Part shown: positions 26,801 through 36,195 of the stretch, in pieces
Numbering within the stretch: position 1 is the stretch's first letter
How the letters are laid out: each line of letters starts with the position of its first letter
Assembly (NCBI GenBank): GCA_002633005.1
Contig: NMRA01000909.1
Coordinates: 1 to 64,000, forward strand
Origin: Phoronis australis
Taxonomy: Eukaryota; Animalia; Phoronida
DNA length: 64,000 nt
Reading direction: 5' to 3'
Notes under the pieces: model-generated
What the model was told of the DNA's origin: nothing
Databases searched by the model: none
What the model saw: only the letters and a program-made list of their open reading frames with translations
Translations under genes and position numbers: made by a program

Positions 26801-29800
26801 TCATCTGACCAATAGATGCCTATATCCCAAATTTTATGAAAATACGTTTAGGACCTTTGAAGATAGAGAAGTAAGCGTAAAAAATATAATTGCCACTAGG
26901 GGGCACATCGGTAGTCGGATCCGTCCGAAAGTTCGCTCATGCTGTCCCTTTCATAATAGGAACATATGTGCAAAATTTCATGAACGTACGTCAAAGCGTT
27001 TTGGAGATAGAACAGCGGACGCCGGACGGACGCCAGACGGACAAAGATGACGGCATAATGCGTCCACATATAAATATGTGTCCGCATAAAAATGTAAACA
27101 GAAGTGTTGGATGGTTTTCAAGGACAACACTATGCACTGAATGTACAGTATTAAGAATGCATATTTCTGATAAACACATGATGGAACTTACAATGTACAG
27201 AGATACTGCATTGAAGAAAGCGAGAATCCAAGATCTAGTGTCTCCGGTGCTATACAAACTTCATGGAAGTTAGTAGGAGAGATGAGTGGATAAACGTTGA
27301 CAAATTCTTTGATATAAGATGGATCAGCATTCGGTAGATTTCCTGTAAAACATTGTGCACGAACGTGAACGCGAATTACCTCCCTCATCCCGCTGCCACA
27401 TTGTGTAGTTACATAAGCATTGCAATTAACACCTGGAGTAATATCACTATTGCCAGTTCATGAATTAAATGAATTGCCTATGCTGTAGTGGATAAATTTG
27501 TGTTTGATGGTAACAAGCCACTACTCCAAAGGTCCACTACTCCGAAAGAGAATTACTCTTAAAAAAAGTTTCTCAAAACCGGGGCTTCCTAATATGGTCC
27601 GATGCACAGTTCTGTTGCGTTTAAAAACATTTTAGTGTGTGTTGTTTCTTATGTTGCTTTTCAGAATTTAGGACTTTTATACATTACTTAGGAATAGCAA
27701 TATTTTGATGTACGTTATTATAATGAAAAATGTTTAGTGTTACGATTTTCATTGTTGCTTAAACATAGTAACACTTTTAAACACTGAAATTCTTTGGGTT
27801 AGATTACTCGTACTATGTTTAAAGTGGTGCCTAAACAAGGCAAGGTGTAGTTTTAAAAGACTTTCGGCCTAATTGGGCGACATTTTCTCCCTTTCTTTTT
27901 GACCTGATGTTACCCTCAGGATTGGTCCATATTTGAATATTATTGACTGCTGATGAGTTAAAAATTCGTTTGCCCAAATCGGGAAATGACACGAGATTCC
28001 TTTCCTTGTCACGATGTTCCCAATATTTCACTGAAACTTATTACTGGTATGCGCCAAAGGGTCATGGGTCAAATTAACTGCTATACACACCGGTATATCG
28101 GTTGATATCCATTGTTCCTAATCTTTGAGCCATTCATAGATTGCCAACCAATTTACATCAACTGAGCTTCATTCAGAGGCCAAATCAATTCAAACATCTA
28201 GATACCTTGGTAATTTTTTTGCAGAACATTTCAAGTTCAGTGACACCATTACGTGCACTGAGAGTAGACAGGGGGTACAGTTTTGTTGATGCCCACTGGG
28301 TGGTCTACATGGGAATAAGAATACAGGAGTTTTGTCGGCGAGGTCGTTTCCATAAGCCACAAGTGCTATCCCCAGGGATGTTCATATTTAATCATGAGTT
28401 CAATTCACATCAGATAACAAAGAAACTTAGTAAGGAAAGTGTGTTTGTTAACTCTGCATTAAATTGTGGGGCTGAACGTGAAGCCAGTTCACATGCTTTT
28501 GTATAATGTAGTGACCACTTCTTTGTCCTTTTTTCCGTAAATCCTTGATCTGCACTATAAGTAGCCCCAATTTCACCAAAAGGCACTTTCTGCTTTTGTG
28601 AACAACAAATGTTTGTGGGCCATGATGGAGGACATTCATTGTGAAATTCTCGCTGAAACTAATACCTTATTAAGTTCATCTAGATGTCAGACCTGTCCAA
28701 ATGATTACGTGTCTTACTTTTCTAACAACAACTGTGCTGTGCTAGTGACGTATAAATGCAATGAATAACTTTTGTAACTGATTTGTGCGCAATCAAAGAA
28801 ATGTGAAATGATCTTGAACTATGAAAAAGAACTCACCAGTAAGTCTCCGTACGAGGGACTTGTAGTCGTTCATAGGCAGGTCCTCATATAATACTTGAAT
28901 GGGCAGTTCATCACCGTACCGAGACCGTAAAGTTCCTTAATAGAAAGAATATCATGTTATACGAAACAGAGTTCTGACATTTTTGTCTCGGTACTTAAAG
29001 CCAATTAAAAATAGAAGTGTTTGATGAAAAGAAAAAGAGAACTTGATACCTTGAACTCGCAAAATCTCGTCTAGTTTGACTTCAAAACAATTCAGGGGGA
29101 GGCGCCATGGTCTCCCTTACTGCGCATTTTTGTGAAGATTTGCATGTGCACCAAGACGGACCTAAAATGACACCCAGTGTGCATGCATACAAAAAATGCC
29201 AGCTTGAGATCTGACAGATTCTTACCCACCACTTGGTTAGTTCTTAATATTTTATTCACCTTCACTTTCTAAGGTAAAATGCATTACCTACCTACAATCT
29301 CTCTGAAAATCCCCATAGAAGAATTGCCATCTCCTGTAGCATAATCGCCTATTGTAAACGTTGATCCACCATCACATGGAACTTCATCTTGAAAAAACAC
29401 AATTATGATAGAAAATTGCATCATCTCTCCATCAGACTTTTTGACATTTCAGTATAATCAGTAACATCAACAACTCATGCCACCAGGCATGCCTTTGTCA
29501 CCAGTGCCGTATTAGGGCCCATAAGAAGTCTAGGCCCTGCTAACTTGAGCTGCCTGTCAAGCTGTCCCTAGTCGATAGATTAGAATCAAGGTACTGCCCT
29601 CTTGTTACTGTTCAATTTTAGGGTAAACTCTGACCTGTATTTGAGTTTGTTATGTCACCCATTTCAAAATCACCATTACCCCGCTGCATTTCACTAAATG
29701 GCGATCATGTTACAGGTGTACGTTGATCGTGAAATAAGTCTAGTCGATGGGAACAAGACTGTAGCCTATTTCTTACTGATTTATGACAACTAAGTGCGTT

Positions 29801-32800
29801 ATATGAATGTTATGATGTTGTGAAGCATCATCACTATCGTCATCATATTCGTCATCTTCGTCATCATCTCCGTCGTTGCCTTTTCAGTTAAATTCACCAA
29901 GTGTCGCTCAAGACTGTAGCCTATACTTACTGATGTATGGCATCTACGTTCATCTTGTGAATGTTATCATTACTTGAATTGTTCATCATCGCCACCATCG
30001 TCGTCATATTCGTCATCTTCGTCATCATCTCAATCGTCGTTTTTTCTGTTAATTTCGCCATGTGTCGCTCCTCTGACCGCTTTCATCCTTTTTTTGTTTG
30101 TTCGCACTCTACAGGTCGCATTTTGCTACTGATTTCCACAAAATTTGCACACAACTTCTATTTCCGGAAGTACTGGAAGCCTATTGTTTCTGGTCATGAT
30201 CGGTTTTAAAACGGCGGATGTGGTGGCCATTTTGTTTCCAATTTCATAGAAGCCGCAATTATTAAAGTACACGGCTGAAAATCGGTAAAGATATAAAACT
30301 GTGAGGTACTATCTACATGCAAAAATTGTGAACTTCTGGTTCAAGATGGCAGAAATATTGGCCATGGCGCATGTGCACCTAGATTCCAGGGTAAAAACGC
30401 TTTCTCCTGTAGATGGCGCATTATAGGACCAATTTCTTTGAAAATTTTCAGGTATTAGTTTCCTTTGACAAGCTATTATCCAGTTATGAGTAACCGGAAG
30501 TTGCTTTCAAAATGGCGGATCTGGCGCATTTTGACACATTTTTAGTCGTGCTGGGGTGCCATTTTAAACAGGAAGAGAAAATGACGTTAATTTTTGCATG
30601 TGGTTTCTCTGAAGTATGCCCTTTCAAATGACCACACCAGTTCACCACCACAACTCTTGAGGATATATTTTGGATCAAACTTCCAACTTTCACATTCAAG
30701 AGACTGAAGTCTTTTAACCCTTCCTTAAATAAGGGTGATGTCAGGGGCTTTTAAACCATCATCTTAATAGGAGGTAACTGCAATGCTTTTCTTTATTACT
30801 TGGCGAAAAAAATTTTTTTTTTTGGTGTCAATTTTTTTTGTTTGTTTGCACTCAACAGGTCGCATTTTTTGTCGGATTTTCACAAAAATTTCACACAACT
30901 TGTAGCCGCGGATGTGGCGGCCATATTGTTTCCGATTTCTGATTCAGTTGCTCATAAAGACCGTAGTTGTTGACATATCCGGCTGCAAATCAGCTGAAAT
31001 ATAAAACTATACAAGTACTACGATTTAACTAAAAATCATTTACATCTGGTTAAAGATGGCGGAAATATCGGCAGTTGCGCATGCGCACCTCAATTTTGGG
31101 CCAAAAACATTTTCTCCTCTAGAGGGCGCATTATAGGACCAATTCAGTGCTTCAACTTTTTCAGGTATTAGTTTTCTTTGGCAATGTAATAATCAATGCT
31201 AAACATTCGGAAGTTGCTTCCAAGATGGCGAATCTGGCGCATGCTGACCCATTTTCAGTCGTGCTGGGGTGCCATTTTAAACGGGAATAGAAAATGACGT
31301 GAATGTTTGCATGTGGATTCTCTGAAGTATATTCTTTCAAATGAACTGTAAGAATTTTTTCTCAGACTTACCATTTTTGAGTTATTTCACATTTAATTTC
31401 AGAAAATGCAAAATTTTAAATTTTTTCGAAATTTTTTTAGATTTTTGTGCAATTATGTTTTTAGATAGAATTTTGAACGGGCTTTCAGAATGTATGTTCC
31501 ATTTTTCGATACAACGTCGACTTTTTGAATTATTTGAGATTTTCTGAAAATGCTGTTCTTTTGTTGAGCAATTTTGCTGTGCTGTTAGTTTACCGGCAAC
31601 TGATTTCTGACTTCTACGTTCGTCATGTGAATGTTATCATATTGTTCATTATCGCCACCATCATCATCATAGTCGTCATCTTCGTAATTATCTCTGTCGT
31701 CGTCTTTTCAGTTAATTTCGCCATGTGTCGCTCAAGACTGTAGCCTATTTACTGATTTCTCACATCTTCGCTAGCCACATGAATGTTCAATGTTGTTCAT
31801 AATCGCCACCTTTATCATTATAATCATGATCGACGTCATCATGTCAATCGTCGTCATTTTTCAGGTAATTTCGCCCGGTGTCGCACCGAACGCTTTCATT
31901 TTTTCTGTTTGTTCGCACGATGCGGGTTGCAATATTCATCCGGTCCTCACGAATGTACATGTAGTTCCAGAAGTACTGGAAGCCCATTGTTTTTCGTCAG
32001 AGTCGGATCCCAGATGGCTGACGTGACGGCCATTTTGTTTTCAATGTCAGATTCCAATGCTTCTGGAGGCTATAATTTTTGACGTACAAGACTGAAAATC
32101 GACACTATTATTCAACTGGATGTGGGCTACATGTGTACCGGAATTTGTTTTACTTCCAGTTCATAATGACGGAAATATCGGCAATTACGCATGTGCACCT
32201 CCATTTTGGGCTAAAAATGTTTTCCCGTGTAGAGGGCACATTATAAAACCAATTGTTTTGAAACTTTTTAAGTATTAGTTTCCTTTGACATGCTATTATG
32301 CAAAGCTAAGAAACGGGAAGTTGCTTTCAAGATGGCGGATCTGATGCAATTTGACCCATTTTCAGCCGTGCTGGGGTGCCATTTTAAATGGGAAGAAAAA
32401 ATGAATGAATTCTTGCAGCCTATTTTTTACTGATTTCTTCTCTAGTCACATGAATGTTATCGTGTTGTTCATAATCTCCGCCTTCATTGTCATGATCGTC
32501 GTCGTCGTCCTCCCCATCGTCCTGTTTTCGCGTAATTTCGCCAAGTGTCGCTCCTCCGAGCGCTCTCGTCAGTACTCCTGAATTGATTTTCTGTTGAAGT
32601 TTTACTTGTCGAATAACAATCCGATACAATTCGTCGTGTGTTGCTGTTTATTCCCATGGGTAATCTTGGTTTCGCGAAACTTGCAATATTCAAGTGGCAA
32701 TATCTTAAATATGTGAGCTGGGTTTGCGTCCACTTGTTGCTCGGTTAATCTTTTGGCCATAGATTCATGTCTGTTGACGCTTTAGTTTACTCCATTCATC

Positions 32801-35800
32801 GTCGATTACAGTTGTCTGGTGTACTCCACGTGTTAGCAGGTAACGTTTTAGTGGGTTGAATTACTCAGAGTAGCATCTATTGACCTCGGTTCCATACGTT
32901 ACACTTGCTGATTCCATCCATTTCCATAATCTGTATAGACTACCGCATCTCATAGGGGTCTTTTTGAGTTCACGTCTTTGCCTTTTGGTCTGGCGAATGC
33001 ACCATCTAGTTGTGAGCGTTTGGTAGAAAAGGTTTTTGCGGCAATGCAGTGGGACAAGGGTCTACTGTATATTGACGACATCCTAGTCTTTGCAAAGACT
33101 TTCGGTGACGCCCTCTGCGATCTCCGAGCAGTTTTTTTTACGTTTGCGGGACGCCGGTCTGCGACTTAAGCCGACCGAAGTGCAGTCTGTTTCGGAGAGA
33201 GGTACCTTTCCTAGGCCACGTAGTGTAAGAAGCAGGGGTAAGCTACGACCCTGAAAAGGTTGTTGCAGTTGCAGATTGGGAGAAACCATCCTCGAGTTTC
33301 GTATGTACGCAGTTTCCTTGGACTGGCCTCATATTACCGCAGATTCGTTCCTGACTTCTCCACTGTTGCTGCACCGTTGTCACGCTTGACCGGGAAGAAC
33401 CAGCGATTCGAGTGGGATGACTCATGTCAATTGGCATTTGACCAGCTGAAGGTACTGCTTACCAACCATACAGTGTTAGCGTATCCCCGGCGGCAGGGTA
33501 GGTTTATCCTTGACACGGATGCATCGGCCTTTGGCATCTCAGGAATACTATCTCAGGAGCAGGATGGCGAGGAGAGGGTCATCGCCTATGCCAGACAAAC
33601 TCTGTCAGCGTCACAACAGCGCTACTGCATCACGTATCGCGAACTTTTGGCTGTTGTTACATATGTTAAGCGGTTCCGGCATTATTTGTGGGGCCGCAAC
33701 TTTCTTATAAGAACAGGCCATCACTCTCTGAAGTGGTTAAAGAATTTTAAGGAACCCGTCGACATGGTTGCCAGGTGGATAGCGGTCCTCGACACATATG
33801 ACTACGAGATTAGGCACCGGAAGGGTAATCACCACGGTAACGCTGAGGGATTGTCCCGGAAACCGTATCGCAATTGCCAGCGTTCTGATTGTGACCAATG
33901 TGCTGGCCAACGAGTTTTCGCTACAGTGCGGCTGGGACGGCGCGTCATCAAGGAACGCACTGTCCACCACGCTGCAGCAAGTACACCAGTCGTTCGTAAC
34001 CTCCGAGGAAGGTTGATCAAGAAACCGGCCCGGTTTCTATAATGTTTTTTTATTGTTTCTTCTTGTGGGGAAGCCAGAGGAGGCCACCAGTCAATCCCGA
34101 CCCGTGTACAAGTGCGCCGAGTGTGACATGACATTCACCAAGCTATATATGCTAAAGCGGCACGAAAAGACTTGCTCACCGTTAATTAAACTTATCTGTT
34201 GTTCTCATTGTAAGCGTAGGATTTCAGCTAGGCACGCGTGCCGAAAACACCGACGCAAGACCGGGCACGACGGAACGACAGAAATACTGGTTCACAACCG
34301 GAAACGTGCAAAGGCCGTCGTTGCCGCAGAACGTCGGCAAGAGGTACACAACAGAAGGGACGTTCCCCAGCCATTTCCTGAAGTTACGGTGGCGCGAGAC
34401 GAGGCTGTACGTTAGGACCGAGAAGGCCGGATGTATGTCTTCCCCAAGCAGCACTGGTTCCGCGCCTCTGTCGATCCGTACTGCCGTTATATTAGTTAGC
34501 TAGTGTTTTTAGTTCATTTGTATGTATACAGGTGATGGCCTCACCTTAATTGTTTTTATTTATTCATTTTTGTATTAGTTTATTTTGTTTATTACGCGCA
34601 GTGCTATTGTGTAAGTTGTTCGATTAACTCCATGGTGTTTGGATAGTTGTTTTTTTTTTGGCGTTATTAGTCTGCTTTTGATATTGATATGTTTAAGTGA
34701 TTTGAACTTCACTCCTATTTTTTTATTTTTTTATTATCAGTCACGGGGGTGTGACATGATCTGAGGCAGGGGGAGTGTAACAAGAGTGCCCTAAACATGA
34801 TTACATAAATAAGATATATGCACCCTGTAGTGATCAAGCTGTGCATTGCGTATGGAATTTTCCGATCACTTTTGGGTCCTTTGGATATGGCCAGAACCTA
34901 TAGGGGTTGTGGGTCTTGCCCTTCAGATCGTGTCTGATTGGTTTAAATTGTGTACTTAAGCTTTGTCTCTGTCAGGCACGTGGAGTCCAGTCGTAGAGCT
35001 CAAGAAGTTAACACCTACACTCTCACTTACACCAAATTCCAACTATTTCTGCAGCTTTCGGGCTCCTCCCGAACTGGGTTGCCAATAGTTTAACCCCAGC
35101 AATTCTCAGGCTCCTCTTGAGCTTGATTGCATCTCACCTTTCGGATCTGAACAACTAAATTGCCCCCGTTCTTACACATACATGTACAACTATTAATTAG
35201 CGACTGGCCTACCCGTGTATCAGAACTGTATAAATCACAACGCTGCGATACTAGATCATGGAACAACTGGATTGCTTGTAAGTGTGATACATTGTATTTA
35301 CATCTTCTTACAATAAATGTATGTACTATTCACCAACTTTTAGTTTTCAATATCACCTTAAGTCCGTACCGGGCTCGTAAAATCGGGACGCCTTGGTCGT
35401 AGATACCAGCCCCGTTAAACTTCAAACTCAAATTTCTCAAAAATGTGCAACTTACATGCGGGAACTTTTTAGATTTTGAAAACACTCTAGTAAATAAATT
35501 AAAAAAACACCAAAATAAAATTGCCCCCCCCCCAAAATACTCACAAAAATCATTTTCTAGAAGCCCTACAAATCCTGCCCCGGATAGAGACGATGGTCAT
35601 TGTCTAGCCAACGGAGGCTGAGGGTCTACGTGTTGCCTATTCCAACTTACGCGAGTTTTCGTCATACAGAAACATATCGAGTCGAGTGAGTAAATCAGAA
35701 GACTATGGTTGGAAACTTATTTTACATTTTCCAACTAGAAGAGCTGAGAGCAACTGCGTGCGGCTGAAATTGACTTACCTAAAGCTTGTAATATGACGGG

Positions 35801-35923
35801 CCTTGTCTCCTCCAGTAACCGAAAGCATAAAATGAGGTCTTCATCACTGAATCCAGCGCCCTCGTCTTTGATGTAGGGAACATATCCATTGGAATTGAAA
35901 CCATTTTGTACGCTGAAAGACAT
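8623..35923 (-). CDS. SABATH-family-like (Methyltransf_7) SAM-dependent methyltransferase, 8 coding exons, 385 aa: join(35779-35923, 29292-29387, 28837-28935, 27192-27342, 24784-24914, 20008-20144, 12126-12300, 8623-8846)
   Basis: Manual splicing gives an open 1158-nt CDS; every intron is GT-AG and phases match (1,1,1,2,1,0,1). Motifs in SABATH order: FTIGDYATGDGNSS (cf. IADLGCSSG), LYEDLPMNDY (cf. NDLPxNDF), TNFHEVCIAPETLDLGFSLSSMQYL (cf. SFYxxLFPxxSLxxxxSxxxLHWL), QEWESMLVNRAIELKKGGHFV (cf. DxxxFLxxRxxELxxGGxMV), EGLINEEEF (cf. EGLIxEE). Confidence 0.9.
11428..11525. repeat. Direct tandem duplication of ~46 bp
   Basis: GACTTGTCGATAAGTCCCTACATAATCTTAACACGACCATAGTCT occurs twice in tandem. 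Confidence 0.9.
12126..12300 (-). CDS. Methyltransferase coding exon 7 (EEFLNTNNLHYVRTEEEFRAPF...REENK)
   Basis: Acceptor GTTTTAG, donor GTAAGA; 175 nt, phase 0-1. Confidence 0.88.
12542..13100 (-). mobile_element. HINE copy B; interrupted at a TA by the pogo-like element and resumes at 16303-16331
   Basis: Begins AACAAGAGCAACGCG...AAATGCGCCCAC (subterminal IR); the unit sequence GAGGTA|AACGTAAAAAA is split by the insertion. Confidence 0.7.
13762..15270. mobile_element. Nested DNA transposon derivative with ATAGAC.CTATTCACGC termini (ISL2EU/PIF-Harbinger-like, THAP-type remnant)
   Basis: ATAGACCCTATTCACGCCG (13762) and CGCGTGAATAGAGTCTAT (~15253-15270) are inverted termini; the left ~200 bp match 47760-47967 inverted. 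Confidence 0.55.
15850..16110 (+). pseudogene. Degraded HIRAN-like ORF inside the pogo-like element
   Basis: FYESLIRGIHLYKEIWIPVEGE, then frameshifted YPFGKYAASVLKGQTIIAH and SKTC..FLK.GGS, resembling the S.IRG.H.Y..IW.P..GE...N..D..AV.V.....VGH pattern of HIRAN-type domains. Confidence 0.55.
16336..18024 (-). mobile_element. HINE copy C (both ends present)
   Basis: AACAAG...GAAATGTGCCTAC start; GGACGGACGG microsatellite and ATGCGTCCACAT...ATGTGGGCGC hairpin at the end; internal tandem array. Confidence 0.75.
18030..19240 (-). mobile_element. Penelope-like retroelement, 5'-truncated, with inverted pseudo-LTR; degraded RT C-terminus and GIY-YIG endonuclease
   Basis: Minus strand: FYRRNVDDTFVVF (YVDD region), IPFLDVLAKRENSTVVTSVYRK, KRGLVNCLLHRAWRIC, FYTGLTQRCFCDRLKEH...IYRHC...LYIKESLAI (GIY-YIG). 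18030-18115 is inverted at 19145-19235. Confidence 0.9.
18062..18101 (-). ncRNA. Putative minimal type I hammerhead ribozyme motif in the Penelope pLTR
   Basis: Minus strand GATC-CTGAAGA-tgtccaattaatagac-GAAAC-GTT-GATT: CUGANGA and GAAA cores, short stem II, palindromic AACGTT stem III, GATC/GATT stem I. Confidence 0.6.
20008..20144 (-). CDS. Methyltransferase coding exon 6 (GGHFVIEAMG...MELEGLINE)
   Basis: Acceptor TTGTTATAG, donor GTACGC; 137 nt, phase 1-0. Confidence 0.88.
21382..23598 (-). mobile_element. HINE copy D
   Basis: ACAAGAGCAGCGCG...AAATGCACCCAC start; GGACGGACGGA and ATGCGTGCACATGTGGGCA end; several internal repeat units. Confidence 0.75.
23683..24492 (-). mobile_element. HINE partial copy D2
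   Basis: Same internal units; ends with ACGGACGGAG and the ATGCCTCCCAC...GTGTGGGCGCAT hairpin. Confidence 0.7.
24784..24914 (-). CDS. Methyltransferase coding exon 5 (LPCKITGG...AAQEWESMLVNRAIELKK)
   Basis: Acceptor TTCCTAG, donor GTGACT; 131 nt, phase 2-1; RxxEL motif. Confidence 0.88.
25320..27090 (-). mobile_element. HINE copy E (both ends present)
   Basis: ACAAGAGCAACACGG...AAATGCGCCCAC start; GGACGGACGCCAGACGGAC and ATGCGTCCACATATAAATATGTGTCCGCAT end. Confidence 0.75.
27192..27342 (-). CDS. Methyltransferase coding exon 4 (GNLPNADPSY...GFSLSSMQYLCT)
   Basis: Acceptor TTTTACAG, donor GTAAGT; 151 nt, phase 1-2; within ORF 27188..27388. Confidence 0.9.
28837..28935 (-). CDS. Methyltransferase coding exon 3 (GTLRSRYGDELPIQVLYEDLPMNDYKSLVRRLT)
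   Basis: Acceptor TTAAG, donor GTGAGT; 99 nt; contains the DLPxND motif. Confidence 0.9.
29292..29387 (-). CDS. Methyltransferase coding exon 2 (DEVPCDGGSTFTIGDYATGDGNSSMGIFREIV), SAM-binding motif I region
   Basis: Acceptor TTTTTCAAG, donor GTAGGT; 96 nt, phase 1-1; not in the ORF track. Confidence 0.88.
29752..32570. repeat. Second complex repeat family: (CAT/CGT)n-rich modules bounded by CAAGACTGTAGCCTAT plus three ~550-bp related units; possibly another Helentron/Helitron-derived element
   Basis: Units at ~30090-30630, ~30840-31345 and ~31905-32420 share GTGCTGGGGTGCCATTTTAAA and GGAAGTTGCTT.CAA.ATGGCG.ATCTG; microsatellite modules at 29752-30070, 31600-31890 and 32420-32560. Confidence 0.7.
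34053..34415 (+). CDS. Zinc-finger ORF (C2H2/C2HC-like) between pol and the 3' LTR of the Gypsy element
   Basis: YKCAECDMTFTKLYMLKRHEKTC and CSHCKRRISARHACRKHRRKTGH; the ORF-track start is TTG and there is no ATG before the first finger. Confidence 0.55.
   Translation: MFLLVGKPEEATSQSRPVYKCAECDMTFTKLYMLKRHEKTCSPLIKLICCSHCKRRISARHACRKHRRKTGHDGTTEILVHNRKRAKAVVAAERRQEVHNRRDVPQPFPEVTVARDEAVR
34776..35176 (+). mobile_element. Probable 3' LTR of the Gypsy element (~400 bp)
   Basis: TGTAAC immediately after the PPT; ends TTCTTACA. The right boundary is inferred; no matching 5' LTR is visible. Confidence 0.6.
35779..35923 (-). CDS. Methyltransferase coding exon 1 (MSFSVQ...VILQAL)
   Basis: ATG at 35923; donor G|GTAAGT (35778-35773); phase 1. 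An upstream TTACAG acceptor near 35973 suggests a further 5' UTR exon. Confidence 0.8.
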
Positions 35924-36029
35924 CTCAGTACTCAGCCTCGATCCTTAGCACGCTTGCTCACAAATCAACGTACTGTAACTTGGAAAACTACAGACTTCGT
36001 TGTCTCGACAGCACTTAAAAGCCCAGACA

Positions 36030-36195
36030 GCTGAACCTCTAATCTAGGGGGTCAGAGGTTGAACCTCTAAACTAGAGGGTAAGAGGTTGAACCTCTAAAC
36101 TAGAGGGTCAGAAGTTGAACCTCTGATCTAGAGGGTCAGAGAATGAACCTCTAATCTAGAGGTTCAGAGAACTTCTAATCTAGAGGATCAGAGGA
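36030..36195. repeat. Minisatellite, ~6 copies of a ~28-bp unit (GAACCTCTAATCTAGAGGGTCAGAGGTT)
   Basis: Directly visible; lies just upstream of the methyltransferase first coding exon. Confidence 0.85.

Larger units (their letters stand above)
32935..35176 (+). mobile_element. Gypsy/Ty3 LTR retrotransposon remnant: RT C-half, RNase H, deleted integrase core, extra ZF ORF, PPT, 3' LTR
   Basis: GLFEF..LPFGLANAP, LLYIDDILVF, VRSFLGLASYYRRFVPDFS, FILDTDASAFGI, ELLAVV, RWIAVLDTYDYEIRHRKG..HGNAEGLSR; frameshifts near 33140-33290; PPT GAGGCAGGGGGAG at 34763-34775. Confidence 0.92.

Noticed and set aside
21406-27273. Many short ORFs with recurring peptides (MPLGG..., PPSG) in the HINE arrays
   Set aside because: Frames are not conserved between copies; these are translations of non-coding repeats.
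28141-28639. Possible degraded transposon ORF in intron 3
   Set aside because: No motif could be identified with confidence.
29961-32026. Hydrophobic I/V-rich ORFs that look like membrane peptides
   Set aside because: They are produced by (CAT/CGT)n microsatellite modules.
32590-32903. Candidate 5' LTR of the Gypsy element ending GTTACA
   Set aside because: It does not match 34776-35176, and no PBS or gag follows.
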